DNA of 22,496 nt from a virus, in UHGV virus genome UHGV-1752853. One strand, 5' to 3'. Each line of letters begins with the position of its first letter. Position 1 is the first letter of the stretch. Of this stretch, positions 16,501 through 22,496 are shown piece after piece. The notes below the pieces were generated by a model. It did not search any database. It was not told the DNA's origin and worked only from the letters and a program-made list of their open reading frames with translations. Made by a program: the position numbers and the translations under genes.

Positions 16501-16529
16501 AGCCCGCCATTGTGCGGGTTTCTTTTTTT
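16501..16529 (+). terminator. Terminator/attenuator-like hairpin upstream of the major tail gene
   Basis: AGCCCGC-CATTGT-GCGGGTT stem followed by TCTTTTTTTC. Confidence 0.35.
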
Positions 16530-16545
16530 CAGGAGAAAATGAACC

Positions 16546-17064
16546 ATGTCAGTTGTCACCCAGGGCACGCAGTTCTATGTGCTCAATAACGGCAAAGTCA
16601 GTGAAATTGAATGTATCACGTCGTTTTCCCCGGGCAGTAACCCGGCCGACCAGATAGAGGATACCTGTCTGAGTGAGACCAGCACGCGGACCTATAAAAA
16701 GGGGCTGCGCACGCCGGGTGAGGCCACGGTGGGGCTCAATGCCGATCCGGCCAATGCCAGCCATATCATGCTCAGTAATCTTGCTGAGTCCAGTGACCAG
16801 ACGGTGCTGACCTTTGCCGTGGGCTGGTCCGACGGTACGGAGGCCCCCACAGCCTCCACGGAGGCCGATGCCGTAAATGGTATGGCCCTGCCGGACACCC
16901 GGACCTGGTATGTGTTCCAGGGCTACGTGTCGGATTTTCCGTTTGACTTTCAGGCTAACAGCGTGGTGCAGACATCAGCCACCATTCAGCGTTCCGGTCA
17001 GGGGGTGTGGGTGCCGAAACAGCAGACGGTTACTCCCGGTCCGGCAGCCGCCGTGACGACCTGA
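16546..17064 (+). CDS. Major tail protein
   Basis: AGGAG RBS; 172 aa; position immediately upstream of the G/GT chaperone pair. Confidence 0.65.
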   Translation: MSVVTQGTQFYVLNNGKVSEIECITSFSPGSNPADQIEDTCLSETSTRTYKKGLRTPGEATVGLNADPANASHIMLSNLAESSDQTVLTFAVGWSDGTEAPTASTEADAVNGMALPDTRTWYVFQGYVSDFPFDFQANSVVQTSATIQRSGQGVWVPKQQTVTPGPAAAVTT

Positions 17065-17109
17065 TGCGTGTTCAGGACAACGTGTCCGATTTTCAGAGAG
17101 GAAAAAACC

Positions 17110-17448
17110 ATGCAGTTAACCAGAGAAAACCTTCAGAACCCCTGCCTGTTTGCCGGGCGTCCGGTCCGCAGGACCATCACATGGAAACAGGGGGGCAGGG
17201 AACTGACCGCCACCACCTGGATCCGTCCGCGGAGTTATCAGGATATTGTTCTGGAAACAGAGGCGGGAAAGGAGAACACGATAGCCGTGCGTATTGCCCG
17301 TTCGGTCTGTGATGAGCAGGGTGAACCGGTGTTCACGGTGGCTGACATCACCGGAGAGGCCTGTCCGGAGCGGGGGCCCCTGGATGCAGGACTGACCGTC
17401 GCCCTGCTGCAGGCAATAAGTGATGTTTATCTGGGAAAGACGGACTGA
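17110..17448 (+). CDS. Tail assembly chaperone G
   Basis: AGAGAGGA RBS then ATG 17110; canonical lambda-type slippery heptamer G GGA AAG at 17433-17439 near the 3' end. Confidence 0.75.
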   Translation: MQLTRENLQNPCLFAGRPVRRTITWKQGGRELTATTWIRPRSYQDIVLETEAGKENTIAVRIARSVCDEQGEPVFTVADITGEACPERGPLDAGLTVALLQAISDVYLGKTD

Positions 17449-17744
17449 GTCCGGAGGACGAGTTCTGGTGTGAGCTGGTGCTGAACGGCATTGGTGGCCG
17501 TACCATTGCGGAGGCGTAGGCACGCCTGAGTTTTCCGGAATACCGTCTCTGGCTGCGGTACCGGCAGAAATACGGCAGTCTGAACCCGATGCTCAGGGCG
17601 GAATGGTGTGCCGGACTGCTGGCCAGCGTGACGGCCAATATGTGGCGAAGCTCACAGATTCCGCCGTTCCGTCTGACGGATTTCACGCCACATATTGATG
17701 AACCTCCCGTTTCGCTGGAAGAGGCCATGGAATGGTGGGATTAG
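17433..17744 (+). pseudogene. T-domain (-1 frameshift extension of G) interrupted by an in-frame TAG at 17517-17519
   Basis: The -1 frame from the slippery site reads GKDGLSPEDEFWCELVLNGIGGRTIAEA-stop, then continues ARLSFPEYRLWLRYRQKYGSLNPMLRAEWCAGLLASVTANMWRS...EEAMEWWD to TAG 17742-17744; pattern resembles phage minor tail protein T. Confidence 0.5.
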
Positions 17745-17834
17745 AAATGGACAGGATGATAAAGATCAGTTAAGCATGCAAATGCTGAACTAAAAATAAT
17801 CGTTTTTATGTAATGCATGGAGTAATGACACACT

Positions 17835-18443
17835 ATGACAGCAAATAAAACATATCTCGCGATCCTGGCGTTCTGTTTATTTGCCTCAGCGCAGTCTTTC
17901 GCTGCTGCTGGCGACAGCACCCTGTCGGCGGCTTATGCCGGGATTTATACAGGGAAATATCTGCAGGATATCGGGCGAAGTGACCGGCTTGCGGAAGGCG
18001 TTAACGTCAAATACCGTTATGAAGCAGATGATGCCTGGGGGGTTATCGGCGCGTTGACGTATGCCAGAGGAACTCCGGCTTTTTCGGTGACGGGGATTAC
18101 TGATCTCGGTGTGGCAGAAGGGGATGAGAAGACCAGACTGGAATACCTGAGTATTCAGGCCGGCCCTGCGTACCGGTTTAATGAATTTTTCAGTGCATAT
18201 GCAATGACCGGGGTAGCCACCACAAAATATGACGGCAGTGCGCATTTGTATGGAGTTGATGCTTCGGGGAAAAGTTTTTCCTGGTACGGAAAGGATTCGG
18301 AGAGAAAAACGAACCTGGCCTACAGTGTGGGACTGCAGTTTAATCCGCTGAAAGAACTGGCGGTGGATGTGTCATTTGAAGGTTCGGGTTTTGACAGCTG
18401 GAAAACATCGGGAATTAATGCCGGTCTTGGCTGGAGCTTCTGA
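17835..18443 (+). CDS. Ail/Lom/OmpX-family outer membrane beta-barrel protein (moron)
   Basis: Signal peptide MTANKTYLAILAFCLFASAQSFAAAG; alternating amphipathic strands; C-terminal GLGWSF ending in Phe; AT-rich upstream region; followed by terminators. Confidence 0.7.
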   Translation: MTANKTYLAILAFCLFASAQSFAAAGDSTLSAAYAGIYTGKYLQDIGRSDRLAEGVNVKYRYEADDAWGVIGALTYARGTPAFSVTGITDLGVAEGDEKTRLEYLSIQAGPAYRFNEFFSAYAMTGVATTKYDGSAHLYGVDASGKSFSWYGKDSERKTNLAYSVGLQFNPLKELAVDVSFEGSGFDSWKTSGINAGLGWSF

Positions 18444-18478
18444 CGGCACTCGTCGATATCGTAACAGGACGTGTACAG

Positions 18479-18534
18479 GGTCACCTCAGGGTGGCCTTTC
18501 TTTTTTTGTCACACCGCCGGCGGGCGTTTTTTTT
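18479..18534 (+). terminator. Tandem intrinsic terminators downstream of the Ail/Lom-like gene
   Basis: GGTCACC-TCAG-GGTGGCC followed by TTTCTTTTTTT (18479-18508); CGCC-GGCG-GGCG followed by T8 (18513-18534). Confidence 0.5.
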
Positions 18535-18546
18535 CGGGAGGCACCG

Positions 18547-21213
18547 ATGGCAGGAAAATCCCTCGGAACGCTGACGCTGGATCTGATTGCCAGGACCGCC
18601 GGTTTTGCGTCAGGGATGAGCCAGGCAGAACGGAGTTCCGCGAAATGGCGTAAGAAAATTGTGGCGGATGTGGATGCGGTGGCCACCGCCTTTGCGGCTG
18701 CTTCTTCCGCAGCGGTGGCCACGGCCGCAGGCGTGGGAGCGTATGGTTTTAATCTGCTGAAGAGCTCGTCGTCACAGATTGCGGAAGCAAAACGGCTTTC
18801 GGATGCACTGGGCATGTCCACACAGGCACTGCTGTCCTGGCAGTATGCAGCCGGAAAGGCGGGGGTGTCCGGAGAGCAGATCGCCGACATTTTTAAGGAT
18901 CTCGGTGACAAAATTGGTGATGCGGCGCTGAACAAATCCGGGGAAGCGGTGGATGCCCTGGATGCGCTGGGGCTGTCGGCGGAAAAACTGAAGTGGGTCT
19001 CACCGGATGAGCAGCTGCTGGCCATCAGCGATGCGCTGAAAAAAATCGGTACCACGTCAGAGAAAACGACGATCCTTGAGAGTCTGGGTAACGACCTGTC
19101 CAGAATGCTGCCACTGCTGGAGCAGGGCGGTGAAAAACTCCGTCAGTACATGGCGGCAGCGCAGACGTTCGGTGTGGCCCCTGATGATGCGGATATTGAG
19201 AAGCTGGTCAGGACGAACGCCCTGTTTGAGGACATGGCGTCTCAGGTGGATGGTGTGAAAATCGCGCTGGCCACCGGGCTGGCGGATGTCGACCTGTCCG
19301 GCGTGCAGAATGCCATCACGGAGATCGGTGAGACGCTCAGGGACCCGCAGGTTCTGCAGGGGCTGACAAATCTGGTGCAGGGGGCGGCAGATCTGGCCGG
19401 GTGGCTGATAAAGGTGGCGGCTGCGGCCGGTAATATTGCGGCCCTGACCCGGCAGGGGATAGCACAGAATGCCGGTGGTGCCCTGAAAACGGAGGCCAGT
19501 GCGGCGGATATCCGGGCCCGTATAGCGGAGCTTGAGAAACAGCAGCAGGAAAACGTTTATCCGGTAAAACGGTGGATGAATGTTGCCGGACGGATGCTGC
19601 AGCGAAAGGACGGCAGTCCGGAGGATGAGCTGGCGCTGCTGAAAGGGCGTCTCCCCCTGGCAGAGAAGCTGGACAGGGAGGTCAGGCCGGCCATTGACCT
19701 TGCTCTTCCCGCAACAGAGAAGACCGTGAATACCGGGACGATCAGGCAGGACTATCGTCTGGCACCGGGGCAGAGTAACGGCAAAACCTCTGCCTCTCAG
19801 GCGGACAGGGATGCGAAGAAGGTCCTGAACAGCTTCAGGCAGATGGAGGACTCGTATCAGCGGCAGATTGCGCTGGCTGACACCACAGGGGAACGGACAA
19901 AGGCGCTCACGGAGCTGGAGAAACTTCAGTACGAGATGGCCTCAGGAAAGCTCACGAATCTGAATGAGGCGCAGAAAACCCGGCTGACGCAGCTGGCGAC
20001 AGAGCTGGACCAGCTGAATGCACAGAAAAAGGCCATGGAGGAGCAGAAGCAGCTTCAGGCCTTCACGGCCGGCCAGCAGGCGCAGACCCGTAACGCACAG
20101 GACATGCTGGACACGGAATTTGTCGGGGCAGGTGAGGGGGAGCAGCTACGGTCGCGGATACGTGAGCTGCTGGACATTCAGCGTTCGTATTATGACCAGC
20201 TGGAGACGCTTCGGCAGCGTCAGGAAAGCGGGGATATCACCCGGACGCTGTATGAAGGGGAGACGGCGGTCCTGAAGCAGGAGTTCGAAAAACGGCTCCG
20301 GATGCAGCAGGACTATTACCGCAGACTGGATGCGCTGAATGATGACTGGCTGAGCGGGGCCGGTGATGCGCTGAAGGATTACGTGACGGAGGCGGACAAC
20401 AATGCCGCGATGGCGAAGAGCGCGGTGACCAGTGTGCTGGGCACCACGGAAAACAGCGTGTCGGCGATGCTGGATGACATCATCAGGGGAACCAAAAGTG
20501 CCGGTGATGCCGTGAAAGATGTGGTGGAGGACCTGGGCAATGCCATCATCACCGAACTGGAGAACATCGCGGCGAAGAAAATCGTGGCCGGCCTTTTCGG
20601 CGGGCTGGCGGGAGAGAGCAACATCGCCGGAAGCGGCGATCTGCTTTCGCTGCTGACGGGTGCAGGCAGTAACGGTGACAGCAGCGCGGGCAGTGCGGTG
20701 GCAGGGGCGACGTCTTCCCTGACGGACAGTGACATGCTGTCCGGGCTGAAGGCGGTACTGAACACCTCCCTGACGGATGAACTGGGCTCGCTGCTGTCGT
20801 CGCTGGGCAGCTCGCTGTCGGGGATGCTGTCCGGTCTGTCCGGGAGCGGAGGCGGTTTTCTGTCCCTGCTGGGGATGGCGCATGACGGTATCGACAGTGT
20901 GCCGGCCACGGGGACCTGGCTGCTGGAAAAAGGAGAACGGGTTATTTCCGGCAGAACATCGAAAAAACTGGATGCGACCCTGAGCGCCGTCCATTCGGCG
21001 GCGGGGAACCGTTCAGGTGGACAGAATTTTTCATATTCTCCGGTCATTAATGTGAACGGCGATCCGGATGCGCGGACGCTGAAAATGCTGGAGCAGGCGG
21101 TGCAGCAGGGGGCGAAACGGGGATATCAGATGGTGGCTGAGAGTCTGAGCACCGGCAGTGGTGCCGTGCATTCTGCGGTGAACACCCGTTACGCCAGACG
21201 CAGGAGCGGATGA
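18547..21213 (+). CDS. Tail tape measure protein
   Basis: 888 aa from ATG 18547 (the track ORF starts upstream at 18367, within the terminators); long alpha-helical/coiled-coil composition; Gly/Ser-rich C-terminal region. Confidence 0.85.
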   Translation: MAGKSLGTLTLDLIARTAGFASGMSQAERSSAKWRKKIVADVDAVATAFAAASSAAVATAAGVGAYGFNLLKSSSSQIAEAKRLSDALGMSTQALLSWQYAAGKAGVSGEQIADIFKDLGDKIGDAALNKSGEAVDALDALGLSAEKLKWVSPDEQLLAISDALKKIGTTSEKTTILESLGNDLSRMLPLLEQGGEKLRQYMAAAQTFGVAPDDADIEKLVRTNALFEDMASQVDGVKIALATGLADVDLSGVQNAITEIGETLRDPQVLQGLTNLVQGAADLAGWLIKVAAAAGNIAALTRQGIAQNAGGALKTEASAADIRARIAELEKQQQENVYPVKRWMNVAGRMLQRKDGSPEDELALLKGRLPLAEKLDREVRPAIDLALPATEKTVNTGTIRQDYRLAPGQSNGKTSASQADRDAKKVLNSFRQMEDSYQRQIALADTTGERTKALTELEKLQYEMASGKLTNLNEAQKTRLTQLATELDQLNAQKKAMEEQKQLQAFTAGQQAQTRNAQDMLDTEFVGAGEGEQLRSRIRELLDIQRSYYDQLETLRQRQESGDITRTLYEGETAVLKQEFEKRLRMQQDYYRRLDALNDDWLSGAGDALKDYVTEADNNAAMAKSAVTSVLGTTENSVSAMLDDIIRGTKSAGDAVKDVVEDLGNAIITELENIAAKKIVAGLFGGLAGESNIAGSGDLLSLLTGAGSNGDSSAGSAVAGATSSLTDSDMLSGLKAVLNTSLTDELGSLLSSLGSSLSGMLSGLSGSGGGFLSLLGMAHDGIDSVPATGTWLLEKGERVISGRTSKKLDATLSAVHSAAGNRSGGQNFSYSPVINVNGDPDARTLKMLEQAVQQGAKRGYQMVAESLSTGSGAVHSAVNTRYARRRSG

Positions 21214-21228
21214 GGAGAATGATGGCGA

Positions 21229-21642
21229 ATGACAATAACAACGTCGGTTAACTGGCCGGAGAGTCTTCCGCTGCCGCTGGCTGACGGATACACACAGACT
21301 CCGGTGAGTCCGGTCATGCGGACGGAGCTTGGCAGCGGACGGGCCATCATGCGCCGCCGTTTTGTCTCCACGCCGGTGATGATTTCCGTCAGCTGGCTGC
21401 TGAGTGAGGCGCAGGCCGGGACATTTGAGGATTTTTATTACAACACGCTGGCAGACGGGGTGCGGTGGTTCCGTATTGCCCTGCGTCTGCCGGGCAAGGC
21501 AGATGATGAAACGGTGGCAGCCCGTTTCACGGATATCTGGGATGCAGTCACCCTGACGGGTGGGGTGTGGTGGGAATATTCTGCCACTCTGGAAATACGG
21601 GAGCGGTATGTGGTGACCCGGGACAGGGGAGGCATGTCATGA
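21229..21642 (+). CDS. Minor tail protein (post-TMP, distal tail), family uncertain
   Basis: GAGGAG RBS; 137 aa; position immediately after TMP; contains a DGYTQ motif reminiscent of lambda M-like proteins. Confidence 0.45.
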   Translation: MTITTSVNWPESLPLPLADGYTQTPVSPVMRTELGSGRAIMRRRFVSTPVMISVSWLLSEAQAGTFEDFYYNTLADGVRWFRIALRLPGKADDETVAARFTDIWDAVTLTGGVWWEYSATLEIRERYVVTRDRGGMS

Positions 21643-22157
21643 CATCGCAGGCACTCAGCAGACTGTATGCCAGCGGCGGTGAGGAGGTGCTGCTCCACAC
21701 CCTTGAGATTGACACCGGCGGAACGTCGATATACCGCCGCCTGTGGCTGGTACAGTCCTTTGAGGATATCACGGCCATGGTGGACGGCGCTCAGAGAACA
21801 TTCACCGCCTGCGCGATGGAGCTTTCGCTGCCGCCGTCAGACAGTGAGGGCACACAGTCCGTGCAGTTCACGGTGTGTAATATTGACGGTTCTGTACAGC
21901 GTTATATCCGGGAAGCGTCTGACTGGTACTCAGGGGATAACCGGGCCGGTACCTTCCCGTGCCTGCGGTACCGGGGATATCTTGCCTCTGACCTGACTGC
22001 ACCGGCAGCGGGCCCCTTTGAGTTTTACATCAACACGGTGGCCTGTACCTCACGGAGCGCCACCATCACTGCCACGTATGCGGACATACTGAACACATCA
22101 TGGCCGCGCGGGCGTTACAAATCCACAGACTATCCGGGACTGATTTACGCATCATGA
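21639..22157 (+). CDS. Minor tail protein (post-TMP), family uncertain
   Basis: GGGAGG RBS; ATGA overlap with the upstream gene; 172 aa. Confidence 0.45.
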   Translation: MTSQALSRLYASGGEEVLLHTLEIDTGGTSIYRRLWLVQSFEDITAMVDGAQRTFTACAMELSLPPSDSEGTQSVQFTVCNIDGSVQRYIREASDWYSGDNRAGTFPCLRYRGYLASDLTAPAAGPFEFYINTVACTSRSATITATYADILNTSWPRGRYKSTDYPGLIYAS

Positions 22158-22411
22158 CAGACACGTCTTTTCTGCTGACCGCACGTTACACCCCGCGCGG
22201 GCGGCAGTTTCCCCGCGTTGACTGCTGGGGGTATGTGCTGGAGGTGCGCAGACAGCTGGGCTTCCCGCCGCTGCCTGAACTGGCTGGGGTGTTCCGGGAT
22301 GAGGCAGACACTGCAGCACGCCGGGTGATGCCGCAGCTGACGACGTGTGAGGCTCAGGAGGGGGCGCTGGCGTTGTGTTTTGTGTCCGGTCTGCTGACGC
22401 ATGTGGGGTGA
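22154..22411 (+). pseudogene. NlpC/P60-type phage tail/cell-wall peptidase gene, 3'-truncated by IS insertion
   Basis: ARYTPRGRQFPRVDCWGYVLEVRRQLG matches the N-terminal catalytic-Cys region of phage NlpC/P60 peptidases; the ORF ends in the TGA that is the first triplet of the IS terminal repeat, after only 85 codons. Confidence 0.5.
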
Positions 22412-22496
22412 ACCGCCCCGGGAATCCTGGAGACTAAACTTCCTGAGAAAGAGGTAAACAGGATGACTAAAAATACTCGTTTTTCCCCCGAAGTCC
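22409..22496 (+). mobile_element. Left end of an IS3-family insertion sequence (IS629-like), continuing beyond the window
   Basis: Terminal sequence TGAACCGCCCCGGGAATCCTGGAGACTAAACT followed by orfA start MTKNTRFSPEV..., recognised from memory as IS629/IS1203-type. Confidence 0.7.
22463..22496 (+). CDS. IS3-family transposase OrfA, N-terminal fragment (partial at window edge)
   Basis: ATG 22463 with AAGAGG RBS; MTKNTRFSPEV. Confidence 0.7.
   Translation, partial: MTKNTRFSPEV

Noticed and set aside
15158-16568. Minus-strand ORFs (15158-15487, 15291-15776, 15885-16568) across the head-closure and tail genes
   Set aside because: Shadow ORFs opposite coherent + strand tail genes
18486-21047. 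Minus-strand ORFs within the tape measure gene (18486-19055, 20146-20994, 20379-21047)
   Set aside because: Antisense shadows; the + strand encodes a continuous 888-aa TMP
1-22496. CRISPR array or rRNA/tRNA genes
   Set aside because: No regularly spaced direct repeats with unique spacers and no RNA gene signatures were seen; the only tandem repeats are the coding repeats at 13680-14190 and the triplicated module at 2351-2960

Overview
The window reads as the late region of a lambdoid (E. coli/Shigella-type) prophage, almost entirely on the + strand, and the prophage is probably defective. All calls are from reading the sequence and ORF track by eye; no database search or folding was run. Gene order: two intrinsic terminators, then a NanS-p-like sialate O-acetylesterase accessory gene (284-2215); a lysis cassette with an S21-type pinholin, a SAR-type GH24 endolysin and embedded Rz/Rz1 spanins; an AT-rich cargo island; an HNH endonuclease and a cos-like region; P27-family small and large terminase; a fused prohead protease-major capsid protein; portal; a repeat-containing head-module protein; connector and tail genes with a G/GT frameshift chaperone; an Ail/Lom-family outer membrane protein moron; tape measure protein; and two post-TMP tail genes. 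The window ends where an IS3-family element (IS629-like) interrupts an NlpC/P60-type tail gene. The strongest candidates for undescribed biology are (1) an AT-rich two-gene insertion of convergent ORFs between the pinholin and the endolysin, and (2) the AT-rich island between Rz/Rz1 and the HNH gene, which holds an Arc-like ribbon-helix-helix gene, coupled small ORFs, dyad-symmetric sites and a possible type I toxin/antisense arrangement. Two features point to a defective prophage: an in-frame amber codon in the T domain of the G-T frameshift product, and the IS insertion.
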